In this document: piece after piece, positions 16,165-31,765 of the stretch
How positions within the stretch are numbered: position 1 is the first letter of the stretch
Layout of the letters: each line of letters begins with the position of its first letter
Source of the DNA: Macrostomum lignano
Taxonomy: Eukaryota
Reading direction: 5' to 3'
NCBI GenBank assembly: GCA_002269645.1
Contig: NIVC01000746.1
Location: 248,001 to 312,000, forward strand
DNA length: 64,000 bases
Notes under the pieces: model-generated
Database searches by the model: none
What the model saw: the letters and a program-made list of their open reading frames with translations, nothing else
Told to the model about the DNA's origin: nothing
Position numbers and translations under genes: made by a program

Positions 16165-17545
16165 GAGATGAGATTGATGCTTACCTGGTTGAGATTGATG
16201 CTTATCTGGTTAAGATTGATGCTTACCTGGTTAAGATTGATGCTTATCTGGTTAAGATTGATGCTTACCTGGTTAAGATTGATGCTTACCTGGTTAAGAT
16301 TGATGCTTACCTGGTTAAGATTGATGTTTACCTGGTTGAGATTGATGCATACCTGGTTAAGATTGATGCTTATCTGGTTAAGATTGATGCTTACCTGGTT
16401 AAGATTGATGCTTACCTGGTTAAGATTGATGCTTACCTGGTTAAGATTGATGTTTACCTGGTTGAGATTGATGCTTACCTGGTTAAGATTGATGCTTACC
16501 TGGTTAAGATTGATGTTTACCTGGTTGAGATTGATGCATACCTGGTTAAGATTGATGCTTATCTGGTTAAGATTGATGCTTACCTGGTTAAGATTGATGC
16601 TTATCTGGTTAAGATTGATGCTTATCTGGTTAAGATTGATGCTTACCTGGTTAAGATTGATGCTTATCTGGTTAAGATTGATGCTTACCTGGTTAAGATT
16701 GATGCTTATCTGGTTAAGATTGATGCTTACCTGGTTAAGATTGATGCTTATCTGGTTAAGATTGATGCTTATCTGGTTAAGATTGATGCTTACCTGGTTA
16801 AGATTGATGCTTATCTGGTTAAGATTGATGCTTACCTGGTTAAGATTGATGCTTACCTGGTTGAGATTGATGCATACCTGGTTAAGATTGATGCTTATCT
16901 GGTTAAGATTGATGCTTACCTGGTTAAGATTGATGCTTACCTGGTTAAGATTGATGCTTACCTGGTTAAGATTGATGCTTATCTGGTTAAGATTGATGCT
17001 TACCTGGTTAAGATTGATGCTTATCTGGTTAAGATTGATGCTTACCTGGTTAAGATTGATGCTTATCTGGTTAAGATTGATGCTTACCTGGTTAAGATTG
17101 ATGTTTACCTGGTTGAGATTGATGCTTATCTGGTTAAGATTGATGCTTATCTGGTTAAGATTGATGCTTACCTGGTTAAGATAGATGCTTATCTGGTTAA
17201 GATTGATGCTTACCTGGTTAAGATTGATGCTTACCTGGTTAAGATTGATGTTTACCTGGTTGAGATTGATGCATACCTGGTTAAGATTGATGCTTACCTG
17301 GTTAAGATTGATGCTTATCTGGTTAAGATTGATGCTTACCTGGTTAAGATTGATGCTTACCTGGTTAAGATTGATGCTTATCTGGTTAAGATTGATGCTT
17401 ACCTGGTTAAGATTGATGCTTAGCTGGTTAAGATTGATGCTTATCTGGTTAAGCTTGATGCTTACCTGGGTGAGATTGATGCTTACCTGGTTGAGATTGA
17501 TGCTTACCTGGTTAAGCTTGATGCTTACCTGGGTGAGACTGATGA
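16165..17545. repeat. 21-bp minisatellite (ggttaagattgatgcttacct), ~65 copies, grading into a related gagatttccgatt repeat to ~17715
   Basis: Tandem array starting ~170 bp after the Abi stop. Confidence 0.97.
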
Positions 17546-18669
17546 TTATTTAGGCGAGATTTCGATTTCTAACGTGAGATTTCCGATTACCTGGGTGAGA
17601 TTTCCGATTACTTAAGTGAGATTTCCGTTTTATTAGGTGAGATTTCCGATTGCGAGATTTCCGATTACTTAGTTGAGATCTCCGATTTCTAAGGTGAGAT
17701 TTCCGCTGAGATTCCTGGCGAATCGCAAAATACCCAAGTAAGTTTCGAAAACAATTAATCAACCAGTTATGCAGGGTCCACTTTCGTGCTGAGCTTACCA
17801 TCAGATTGAAGTGCGAACTAAGTGAGCTACACCTGTCACGTGACCAAATGATATTTCTTTACCAAAAGGGCACCGATTGTAAATGAATTTTCACCTCGCG
17901 TTTATCTGAGCATACCCCCTGCTGCGCAATATAGACATCTTATTATTAAAGATCTGCGGTTTTTTGAGCAATAATTTATCACTTGTGTTTTTATTGAACC
18001 TTGTTTATTTGTTACCTGTTTGCAATTTGCTTTAAACCCAAATATTCAATTTGTTCAAATTTTCCCAACAAAGTGCAGTGCAAGCCTACTGTCAGTAGAC
18101 GGATTGGCATATGCTTTCCTATTTTTGTTTTTTTACAATAACAATATTATTTTAAGTATTCATCCAAATTGTGAACTTATTGATGTTAAAATTAGTTGTA
18201 GAAAATATACAAAGCTTGTGTGCAATACCAGCTAATTAATATTTGTTGGACTCAGTCACTGTTCACATTATGAAATGCCATTGACTCAGGATTGCCATAA
18301 TATTATGCCCCTTCACCTTATGCGATTCGATTTGCCGTGCTTACGCAGCCTAATTGAAAATTATTTACTAATCTGTATACCGGTTTTATAAGCTATTTGG
18401 TATCTGGCAACTCTGCTGCAGCTGATAAATATGAAAACTGTGTTTTATATACTTGAATCTCTGCATGGCAACACTGGTGAAACACACAGCTGCTTGGTAT
18501 TCTTGTTCCGCTGCAATCTATCGATATATATATGCTTACTGTTATCATTGCTATTGTATATGCTAACTGTACAAGCCTGCAGTAAAATACTGGAGTCTGT
18601 TCTCCAATGCTTTGTTGTACGGCTAATTTTTTTCTTTACCATCATCATGGGTTTTTCTCCTAGTTAGTG

Positions 18670-21357
<2,688 letters not shown>

Positions 21358-21520
21358 AATCCCATTTTCTATCCCCTAGGTCTCTTTCCGATTGTTCCTC
21401 TTTTACCAGCATAAAACAAAATATGCAATAAAAATGCATTCATGCTCAGCCATTGCGTCACGCTTTTGGCCAGTGAAACCGAGGCAAATAAACTCCTGAC
21501 CTTACCAACCCATCGCTGCC

Positions 21521-24500
21521 ATGCTACTAGGAGCCGCTGGCTGCTGCACTCGCGGCTGTCAATCAGCTGTCCGCCAGTTCCGCTCGTCAGCGGCTTCTGC
21601 CGCGGTTGCCAGTCCGAGGAAGGCGCAGCAGCAGCAGAAGCCCCCGACTTCGCCAGCGCCTCAGCAGCAGCAGCAGTCTGAGGACCCCAAGGCGGCCAGC
21701 CTGCGCGCGGTGAAGGTGACCAGCGCCATCCGAGCGTATCTGAAGAGCGCTGAAAATTATGACAAATTTATCCGAATGGAGAGAGAGAATTTCGAGCTGG
21801 GCAAACGGTTTCTGGCCAGCATTCTGGGCGTCTCAGTGGCCGACCTCACGCAGGAGAATATTGAGGTTTGCCGCTGCTGATGAGGCTGCTTTGCTGCCCT
21901 CCCATGGTTTTTTCGCGTCCCTCTGATCCCTCATCTCTCCCCGTCTCTCTGATCCCTCTCTCATCTCACCCAGTCTCTCTGGTCCCTCTCCTGTGTCTCT
22001 GATCCCTCTCTCATCTCACCCAGTCTCTCTGGTCCCTCTCCTGTGTCTCTGATCCCTCTCTCATCTCTCCCCGTCTCTTTGATCCTTCTTTCATCTCATC
22101 TTGTCTCTCCGATCCCTCTCTCATCTCTCCTGTGTCTCTGATCCCTCTCCCATCTCTCCCTGTCTCTGATCCCATCTCCCATCTGTCCCCGTCTCTCTGC
22201 TCCCTCTCTCATCTCACCTTGTCTCTCTGACTCCTTTTCCATCTCACCCAATCTCTCTGATCTCTCTCTCATCTCACCCAGTCTCTCTTGTCCCTCTCCC
22301 ATCTGTCTGATCCCTCTCTCATCTGTCCCCGTCTCTTTGATCCCTCTCTCATCCCACCTTGTATCTCCGATCCCTCTCTCATCTCCCCTGTGTCTCTGAT
22401 CCCTATCTCATCTCTCATGTGTCTCTGATCCCTCTCTCATCTCTCCTGTGTCTCTTTGATCCCTCTCTCATCTCACCCAGTCTCTCTGATCCCTCTCCCA
22501 TCTCTCCTGTCTCTGATCCCATCTCACATCTGTCCCCGTCTCTCTGCTCCCTCTCTCATCTCACCCCGTCTCTCTGCTCCCTCTCTCATCTCACCCCTTC
22601 TCTCTGATCCTCGGGGATCTCCCTCCCTGCTCTGAGCTGTGTTTACTCTCCTTATTCAATGCACTCGCAAGTATAACAGCCGAGAGAGCTGATGCCACAG
22701 CAGTCGCCGCTAATTCGTTCGCATTGCAGAAAGCCATCCAGTACCTGTTTCCATCAGGTTTGTTTCACGTTAAAGCGAAGCCTCACATGTCGGTAGGTGT
22801 ATTTCGATCATAATCAGTATTCAACTTTTACCATTAAAATGTACTAAGTTAAAATAAACCAATTAAAAAAACTCTTTCAATTCAGACTCCAGAAGATGTG
22901 TTTCCTAAGAAAAAATGTAAGTCAGTTTAACAGATGTAATTTATAGCTTTTATGTCGGATTCAATCTTTTTATTATCAAATTTGTTATAATCCCCATTTA
23001 ACCTTATTTAAGCTCTGCAATGCGACTACACTGGCAGACCGAATCACAGCATGTTTTACATGAAGCAGCCCAACTTTTATCAGCTACTAAGCGTGAGTGT
23101 TATTTTAAGTTACTCAATGCCCGCCGATATGTAGCGAAATCAACTTTGCTGAGCACCATCTGTGATAGAGTTCAGGACAATATTTACTTTAATATAATAT
23201 TTATTTCTCTTTACTTTATAATACTGTTTTATACTAGTGGCACCATATCTAATAGAAAGAAAGTTTTAACTACCGATATGTAGCGTAAATATCTTTGTAC
23301 GATGTAGCAATATACTTGTAGGAACCATTTAAATATGTTTTGGGGCCACTTGAGGCCATATTAGCTTGTTAAAAAAACCACAAGAATAATAAAATAACTT
23401 GGATGAGACCACTCAGGCATAAATACGAGCCTCGTATTCAAACAGCTCTCTACTTTCAGTTCAGTAGCAAAGAAGAATACATAAGCTATTTTATAAGAAT
23501 AAAGGCGGCTGAAATTACTTTGATAAGTTTAGAAGCCCCAAGCTTGCAGGCGTAAACAACTTGCTAATTGGTTCAGCCATAATGTACATTGGCCAGTCCA
23601 CTGAAAATGTACATGGCAGCTTTAGGCTGGAATTCCGAGAAAGGCAATAAAAATTGGGGCGGGGCGGGGGGTAGTGTGGAAAAACGCGGTTAGAGGGTTC
23701 AAGCTGGGGAGTCAGCCAATAAAACGAGCCTCGGCTTTAAAAATACATTAAAATGCTTCAGTTTAATCTACTACTGAACTGAAAATAGCTTACACGCAAA
23801 TGTTCTGAGTGGCCCCATCTAGTTATTCTAGTATCTGTGGGGCTAGCCACCTGCCCTTCCGCGAATATAATTATTTCCCGATATGTAGCGTAAATAAGTT
23901 TGCAATTGTGAATAACTGCTGCAGGACATCGCCTGGAAAGTGGAGCAGCTGAAGCGCAAAGAGGACGAGCATCTCCGTGCGGGCAGGCTGGTGCCGGCGC
24001 GAACCAACCTGGATCTCAGCAACTCGCACTGGCTTGACAAACAGCAGATTGAGAAGCGCCTGTTGGAGACCGTGTCCGATGCTCAGTACAGTCAGGCTAT
24101 TGCCGCGCTGGAATTTCTGGTTGCTATGCCGCTGTCTGCCGAAGAGTCTGAATTTATTATGCAATACCGCAATGTCATTGTGGGCACCGCGACTGAGCTG
24201 CCGCTGCCCGAACTGCAGGTGGGTTTTGAAATACTTTGACGGCAGTGTTAATTTATAGCTTGAGTAGGGCGGGTTTGAGCAGTGGGCGGGCATCTTGCTC
24301 AGGATATGCTCAGTCACTAATCTCAAATTGAGGATTTGAGCAGTCATTAATCTCAAATTGAGGGTTTGAGCAGTCACTAATCTCAAATTGAGGATTTGAG
24401 CAGTCATTAATCTCAAATTGAGGATTTGAGCAGTCATTAATCTCAAATTGAGGATTTGAGCAGTCATTAATCTCAAATTGAGGATTTGAGCAGTCACTAA

Positions 24501-25984
24501 TCTCAAATTGAGGATTTGAGCAGTCAATAATCTCGAATTGAGGATTTGAGCAGTCACTAATCTCAAATTGAGGATTTGAGCAGTCAATAATCTCGAATTG
24601 AGGATTTGAGCAGTCACTAATCTCAAATTGAGGATTTGAGCAGTCAATAATCTCGAATTGAGGATTTGAGCAGTCACTAATCTCAGATTGACGATTTGAG
24701 CAGTCACTAATCTCAGATTGACGATTTGAGCAGTCACTAATCTCAGATTGACGATTTGAGCAGTCACTAATCTCAGATTGAGGATTTGAGCAGTCACTAA
24801 TCTCAGATTGAGGATTTGAGCAGTCACTAATCTCAAATTGGGGATTTGAGCAGTCGCTAATCTCGAATTGAGGATTTGAGCAGTCACTAATCTCGAATTG
24901 AGGATTTGAGCAGTCACTAATCTCAAATTGGGGATTTGAGCAGTCACTAATCTCAGATTGAGGATTTGAGCAGTCACTAATCTCAAATTGGGGATTTGAT
25001 CAGTCACTAATCTTAAATTGATTATTTGAGCAGTCACTAATCTCAGATTGACGATTTGAGCAGTCACTAATCTCAGATTGAGGATTTGAGCAGTCACTAA
25101 TCTCAAATTGGGGATTTGAGCAGTCACTAATCTCGAATTGAGGATTTGAGCAGTCACTAATCTCAAATTGAGGATTTGAGCAGTCACTAATCTCAGATTG
25201 AGGATTTGAGCAGTCACTAATCTCAGATTGAGGATTTGAGCAGTCACTAATCTCAAATTGGGGATTTGATCAGTCACTAATCTTAAATTGATTATTTGAG
25301 CAGTCACTAATCTCAAATTGAGGATTTGAGCAGTCACTAATCTCAATTTGAGAATTTCAGTAATCTCAAATCTTAAACAATTTCTAAAGCACTTCTCCAT
25401 CTGCTCTCCACAGTTTGATGAAGCCACCCAGCGCCCGTACTCGGAGGCCTACGGTCAGCGCAAATGGGCAACAGCCAGCTGCCGGCTCTATTCAGGTGGC
25501 ATCGGCCGGTTCACGGTCAACGGCGAGAGCATTCTAGAGGCATTTCCGCTGCTAGCTGACAGGGAGGCTCTGGCCTCGCCCCTGGTGGTCACCGGGATGC
25601 TGGGCAAGGTAAGACAAACTTTGATGACCTTTAATAGCCTTAATAAAGTGGGTCTTAAAGGGGCCGTTTTAGCCGCTTGAGCATATTGCCCTCTTCATCC
25701 TCTCGCAGGTTGACATCGATGCCACAGTGACAGTCTCCAGCCCTGAACAGCCGGAGGGCCGGCTGCGCGTCAGGACCCGGGTGGACGATGTGGCCTACAT
25801 GGCCTCCCAGGCCGGGGCGCTGCGTCTGGCCATTGCCCGCGCCATCGCCTGCCACCTGCCCACAAAGCAGCTGCGCGATCGCCTGCGAATGTCCGGCCTG
25901 CTCACCCCGGACATGCGCCTGCCCGAGCGGTTTTACTACGGACAGGACGGTCCCCGGGCCAAGTGGACCTGGAAGGCGCGCTGA
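21521..25984 (+). CDS. MRPS9: Mitochondrial ribosomal protein uS9m; exons 21521-21865, 22730-22792, 22886-22916, 23013-23092, 23925-24218, 25414-25608, 25709-25984
   Basis: Presequence-like N-terminus; AIQYLFPSGLF, GRPNHSMFY, GQRKWATA, SQAGALRLAIARA, GLLTPD, KWTWKAR*. All seven exons join in frame through GT-AG sites. Confidence 0.95.
21915..22610. repeat. Degenerate CT-rich minisatellite in MRPS9 intron 1
   Basis: Recurrent ctctgatccctctctcatctc units. Confidence 0.9.
24290..25350. repeat. 30-bp minisatellite (gaggatttgagcagtcactaatctcaaatt), ~35 copies, MRPS9 intron 5
   Basis: Tandem array filling intron 24219-25413. Confidence 0.97.
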
Positions 25985-26054
25985 TGAGGCTGAGGATGCT
26001 ATCAGCTCATTCCTGAGACTCAATGCTGGGGATTATTATCAGGGGGTGCTCGAT

Positions 26055-26190
26055 CCAGGTGTGACCGATCGGAGTGAACTTTTGAGTGCTCAATCAAGGT
26101 GTGACCAATTAGAGTGAACTCTCGAGTGCTCAATCAATGTGTGACCAATCGGAGTGAACTTTCGAGTGCTCAATCAATCAATGTGTTAAC
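26055..26190. repeat. ~40-bp tandem repeat x3-4 in the MRPS9 3' region
   Basis: gtgtgaccaatcggagtgaacttttgagtgctcaatcaa repeated. Confidence 0.85.
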
Positions 26191-26665
26191 TAATCGTTAT
26201 TTAACTTAGTAGTTCAATTTGCATTTTGCTTCCATCAGTCGGCAGTCGCAAAATTTTTGCGCTTCAAATAAATAAGAGAATAATGCTTATAACTCTAGAA
26301 AAAATTGCATTAATGCAATGTTGTACGAGTAAAAAAAAATATTTGCTTATTCTTTTCTATTATTTCTACTTGCAGTAGCTTACGTGACCATGCATATTAA
26401 ATCTACACCTACTTTAAATACGAATAGAGTTCAGTTCAGCTGCGCGCGGGGCTGATAAGGCCAGGCTAGACTGTACATTGGAAAGTACACACACACGCCC
26501 TGTGCAGCTGCTAATGGCTGGCTGTGCTTGCAGAGTATGGTTAACAAAAAAGGAACTAAAAATATCATTTTACGTAGTTCAGTATTACTTCAGTATTCCA
26601 AAGTTAAAAGTTAAACTTCAGCAGTAAGACGCAGACAGAGATCGAGGCCAGACCAACGCAGAGTG

Positions 26666-27911
26666 ATGGAGCAGCACTGGCAGAAGACGGTCGTGCGGAT
26701 GCTGGGCCCGAATGTGCGGCAGCAGATTTGCAATCGTCTCTCCCAAGGTGACTCGGCTCAGCGGCTCTTCATATTCGGTAAATTTTCAGAATTAAGTGTG
26801 TTGCTATTTTTAATGAACAAAGGGGTGAAAAAGACAACCAAAATTTGCAAGCTCGAATTTGCGTCTGAGTAGTAGCTCGTAAATTCATAAGTTCTAAAAT
26901 TAATAACAATTGATTACACCTGCCCTAATTTGGGCGCATCTGAAGGCCAAGGACTAGGGGGGGGTCGCCACACACACCTCCAATTGCCCCAGCTAATGCT
27001 GGCACCCATTTTACAGCTGTGTGAACTGAAGCAAGGCAGAGTTGAATGTCTCGCACAAGGACACAAACTATTCCGAGTGGATTGAGAATCGAACCCCCGA
27101 CCTTCAGGTCGTGAGTCGGACGCTCTGACCACACTAGGCTGCAACCCCCTTATGAAAACCAGTCAACCATGGGGCAACTGAAAAATCAACAACCGAACAC
27201 TTTTGATCCCGCAGGCTGCATCGTTCTGATACTGACCGCCTCAACTCAGCCTCAAATGATGCTTCATCAGGACCGGATAAGCAGCTTCAGCTCGAGTCCA
27301 GCCTCTTTGGTCAACAGCTTGGCGGTTGCTGAGCAGCTCGCGTCCAACGGCCTGTTTTATGACGCAAGTGGCGGACTGATCTGCTTCCACTGCTCAGTGA
27401 GACTGCAGTCTGGGAGCTCCGACCCGCTGCAGCAGCACCTGCATCAGAGGCCGCGCTGCTACCTGCAGAAACTGCTGCGACTGGCTGCTGGAAGCGACGA
27501 TAAAATCCTGTTAGCTGATGTCGCTGCTGATCACGACAGGTGAGTGCCTTGATTAATTTGTGATTTATCAGCCACAACACCTCAAATGATTATCAGTGAT
27601 TATCAGCCCAATCATCAATGATTATCAGGTTCGACCGCGCCCTGAGGCGCCTGCACGCAGACCTGAAGTCCAGCACTTCAGTCCAGTTCGCGCAGACCTT
27701 CGGGCTCAGCCCGGAGCTGCTGCAGTTCGCCGCCACTCGCCACTTTATGCGGAACGGCGGCTCAATGCCGAATCGAGCCGGCGACCTTATCGAGCTGGCG
27801 CACGAATGCTCCGACCAGGTGCACCCCAGCCTGCTGCAGGTGCAAATTGTGCACATTCTTGCTGAAAGGTCACCTAACGAAGCTGTGGGTGTTGCGGCTT
27901 TTTTTAACTGA
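26666..27911 (+). CDS. IAP-like locus 1 (BIR + UBA-like); exons 26666-26747, 27215-27539, 27629-27839 (or read-through to stop 27911)
   Basis: DRISSF...QLASNGLFY...ICFHC-x14-H-x6-C BIR. FAQTFGLSPELLQ...AGDLIELA resembles the IAP UBA. Phases 1 and 2 match across the junctions. Confidence 0.75.
26900..27147 (-). mobile_element. SINE family A (CORE-like) copy in IAP locus 1 intron
   Basis: tRNA-like head with GGTTCGATTC, then ccttgtgcgagacattcaactctgccttgcttcagttcacacagctgtaaaatgggtgcc. Lacks part of the 3' segment seen in other copies. Confidence 0.85.
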
Positions 27912-28874
27912 CCAACTGCGAGTACAAATTTGCAATAAATTCTGTCAAGTATTTTGTTTCTCACAATCGACACACAAGCCATGCAGCCATGCTCTCAAAT
28001 ATATTGTGCTTTAAGAAATTCTCAACACTTAACTTATTTAATTTAATTTAATTTGTGCCAACAGCCAGGATGCAGGTTCCTGGAAAGTCCGTTATCGACT
28101 CCGATCGATTTCGATTCGACTGATTCCGATCGAGCAAGGCCCGTTACTTTTGCCTTTCTGAGCTTTCCCTTTTTTCTTTGCATTCTTCTTACCTGGAATG
28201 ACCCAAATTAAAAAGAATAGACAAAAATGAAACAAAAAACGCTGGAATCCGCAAAAGAACTCAGCGAAAACCCGATGATGGGCTGACCCTGAATCAACAA
28301 GCGGCAGGGAGAGGACAGAGAGGAGGCGGAGAGAGCGCAAGGGGGTCGAGGCAAGGGCATTGTGGTACGCAACTGTTTGTACGCTCGTATAACAGAATTT
28401 TTTCTTTCCTTCACCGCTGCACAGTACCAGTTGTACAAGTGAATGCACGAGCTCACTGTTCTCAGGATAAAAATAGAAATTTTTCTTCAAGGCCATGGTA
28501 AACCCGCGGAATTTATTCCAAGCCCCCTATAACTGCTCACTATAAGTTCTTCAACGGCCCAGGATTTCAATATAATCTACTATAATTGCTGCTGACTTGC
28601 CTGAGAGCATTGCCATGCAAGCTGAATTTGAATTCGACTTGTCCATAGTGCCACTGCTGGAGGTTTCTGATCCCATGTATGTCGTACGATCAGTAGGTCC
28701 AGTGCAAGAGGAACCGCAAACATTGACACGTACATCGGTTCTATCGACTTCTATCAACATGGCAAGCAAGCATTTATTTTTGCTCAGAAGAATGTTTAGG
28801 AAAACAACATTTTAGGTAGCTTGAAAACAGCTGTTGAAGTGTGTTGGCCCAGTAGTTGTGACCCCTTGCAGAAG

Positions 28875-29600
28875 TTGCAGTGCCCCCCTTGCAGTAGCCG
28901 TGGCGCCCTCTTCCAATAGCCGCGGCGCCCTCTTCCAGTAGCCGTGGCACCCTCTTCCAGTAGCCGTGGCGCCCTCTTCCAGTAGCCGTGGCGCCCTCTT
29001 TTAGTAGCTGTGGCGCCCTCTTTCAGTAGCCGTGGCGCCATCTTTCAGTAGATGTGGCGCCCTCTTCCAGTAGCCGCGGCGCCCTCTTCCAGTAGCCGTG
29101 GCACCCTCTTCCAGTAGCCGTGGCGCCCTCTTCCAGTAGCCGCGGCGCCCTCTTCCAGTAGCCGTGGCACCCTCTTCCAGTAGCCGTGGCGCCCTCTTCC
29201 AGTAGCCGCGGCGCCCTCTTCCAGTAGCCGTGGCACCCTCTTCCAGTAGCCGTGGCGCCCTCTTCCAGTAGCCGCGGCGCCCTCTTCCAGTAGCCGTGGC
29301 ACCCTCTTCCAGTAGCCGTGGCACCCTCTTCCAGTAGCCGTGGCGCCCTCTTCCAGTAGCCGTGGCACCCTCTTCCAGTAGCCGTGGCGCCCTCTTCCAG
29401 TAGCCGCGGCGCCCTCTTCCAGTAGCCGTGGCACCCTCTTCCAGTAGCCGTGGCGCCCTCTTCCAGTAGCCGCGGCGCCCTCTTCCAGTAGCCGTGGCAC
29501 CCTCTTCCAGTAGCTGTTGCGCCCTCTTCCAGTAGCCGTGGCGCCATCTTTCAGTAGATGTGGCGCCATCTTGCAGTAGTTGTTGCGCCCCCCTTGCAGT
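28875..29600. repeat. 22-bp minisatellite (cagtagccgtggcgccctcttc) with 66-bp higher-order trimer
   Basis: Variants gtggcgcc / gcggcgcc / gtggcacc cycle in order. Confidence 0.95.
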
Positions 29601-30068
29601 ACTCGTAGCTGTGGCGTATTTTAGTCATGGTCGCGTCATCTTAGTTGAATGTTTCTGGCACAAATTCTCATTCTTTAGATTCTACAGGACATCTACGAAA
29701 GTGTTCACAGATTTCTGGCATTCGTCATGCCTCTGAGCAGTCTGAGCCGGTCCAGGCTGTTCGAGAAGACCTCCAATACTCAAAGACCGATTCGCACAAG
29801 GGCTTTCGAGTCACGGAGCTCCTACTTTGGTAATGAAATTAGACATTTCCTTCCAAGCTTAGTAGCAAACCTAAGCACCTTTAAAGTTAGACAATCTAAA
29901 TATACTAAATCTCTAATTACTACTAAAAATGTAATTATATGCTTAGACTTGTCATTTAGTAGTGTGATACGCATATTAGCACATTTTTAAAGGTAAACCT
30001 GGATTAAATAAAATATTTGCTAAAACACTATAAAATATATTTCATTATTTTGTTATTACGTAAGAAAT

Positions 30069-30362
30069 GGAGGTTGTAGCCCAGTGATAGGAGCGTCGGA
30101 CTCACGACTGAAAGGTCGGGGGTTCGATGCTCGATACATCTCAAAGGAAAATCTATCCTTGAGCAAAACGCTTAACTCTGCAATTGCTTAGTTCACACAG
30201 CTGTAAAATAGGTGCCAGCATTAGCTGGGGTAATTGAGGGTGTGTGGCGACCCCCCAGTCCTTGGACTGAACAGCCGTACGCAGCCTTCAGATGCGCCGC
30301 GCAATAGCTGCGGCTGAGCTGTCGGTTGCACATCTGCCAATTACACTCTTAATTATTATTAA
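30069..30362 (+). mobile_element. SINE family A (CORE-like), near full-length
   Basis: Head ggttgtagcccagtg...ggttcgat; core ccttgagcaaaacgcttaactct...cagctgtaaaataggtgcc; ATT-rich tail. Confidence 0.88.
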
Positions 30363-30529
30363 TAGTATCATAACGTAAGAGAAATAGCGAATAAGTTCTG
30401 AGGCAAAACTCAAAATTCTGAATTTATTTTTTTCATTGATCCTTTAATCCTTTCATTTTTCCGCGAAATGCGAGCGTAGCGAGTCTGGCCGTTCTACTGC
30501 TGGTCACCTGCCGTAGCGACTGTCTGCAG

Positions 30530-31063
30530 GCTTTGAGCTTTGAAAACCGTTTGAGCTCATTCGACAGTTACCTGGCCAGCAGCAGCAGCTCAAGCAGAAG
30601 CATCAATCGGGAGCATCAGGAGCTGGCAGCTGCTGGATTCTGGCGCCAACCGGGATTTGTCGATGGCGCCAGCAACAACAACAGCAGCAGCAGCAACAAG
30701 GTGGTCTGCTTCTCCTGCGGCGTGTCCCCCCTGGGGAACAAGCGTCATCTGGAGAGCTGCCGTTTCAGCCAGCTGCTCGATGCCGTGCTGAACTGCTCCG
30801 TGCCAGCTGGCACCGTGAAAATCTGCCCGCTGTCAGCCGGCACCCGGACCGCCATCGGCCTGGCCGAGAGCTTTGGCTTTCCTCGCCGCTCCTGCCTGCT
30901 GGCCGCGTGCCGTCTGGCGGTGCCGGCGCCGAGATGCGGCGACATTGTCGCTGAGCTGCAGCGGTGGGAGGGGGCTGGCGACAGACTCGAGGAAGTTGCT
31001 AGGGATGTAGATGTGGAGACCTTGTGGTGTCTGGCCAGTGTGAATGGCCGCGGCTCATTGTGA
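30530..31063 (+). CDS. IAP-like locus 2 exon (compact BIR + UBA-like)
   Basis: Acceptor ctgcag|30530; FENRLSSF...ELAAAGFW...VVCFSC-x9-H-x3-C; LAESFGFPRR...CGDIVAEL. 5' and 3' connections uncertain. Confidence 0.7.
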   Translation, partial: ALSFENRLSSFDSYLASSSSSSRSINREHQELAAAGFWRQPGFVDGASNNNSSSSNKVVCFSCGVSPLGNKRHLESCRFSQLLDAVLNCSVPAGTVKICPLSAGTRTAIGLAESFGFPRRSCLLAACRLAVPAPRCGDIVAELQRWEGAGDRLEEVARDVDVETLWCLASVNGRGSL

Positions 31064-31580
31064 GCCATCAGCACCGCTGTCTGTTGCTTCTCTGCTTGCA
31101 CAGTTGCCCCTCATTATCTTTGTTTACATGTTATTTTTGTTTGTTTTATGTTGTTGTTTTTCCTCTTGCTGTTCGTATGTATATATTCCCGATAGCTTTT
31201 TCATTGTTAAATATTAAACTAACACCTAGACCCCGCTGGGGAAGACGAAATGAATCCCATCCCGTCCCGTCCCAATACCATGTCATCCTCATTTGTTCTT
31301 GATGTCACTCTTTATGTCACACATTCTTCATGTAACTTATTCCACATGTTCTTCACATCGCAATCTCTACTTATCATTGGTACTATAAGTTTTTAATTAT
31401 AAATAAATGTGTAAATATAAATTTCTCCTAAACCAAATTCTATGCGTCTCAAATACTATTCCTAAGATTTATCCTATTAGTTTTTTCAACACGAATAATC
31501 AGACTCAAGTAGTAAAGCCTCAAGTTGAACAATGAGTCGGCACTGAGCATGGCACTTCACGGATTCTTCCCTCGCCGCAG

Positions 31581-31765
31581 CTGCTCAGCTGAGCGGCAAC
31601 CGTCTGCACCAACAGAAGCTGCTGCTGGCGAGTCGCCAAGGAGCAGCCAGCTTCATCCGGGATGCGCTCATCAATAAGCTGCAGGACACACGGCTGAGAA
31701 CCGCACCAACCGTACGAGCGACTCCAACGAGGCCTGTCATGTCCGAAAGCTGCCCACATCAGCAA
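31581..31765 (+). other. Possible coding exon of unknown product
   Basis: GC-rich, CTG/CAG-rich segment between ccgcag| and |gtaact; no recognisable domain. Confidence 0.3.

Noticed and set aside
16093-17553. LVKIDAY / WLRLMLT repeat ORFs
   Set aside because: Translations of a 21-bp array; no support for coding.
23871-25427. 518-aa minus-strand leucine-rich-looking ORF
   Set aside because: Antisense translation of the 30-bp intronic array in MRPS9; not an LRR.
28092-28815. Short ORFs between IAP loci 1 and 2
   Set aside because: No recognisable motifs or convincing splice pairing.
30069-30140. tRNA gene
   Set aside because: No acceptor stem closure; continues into the SINE body shared by four copies.
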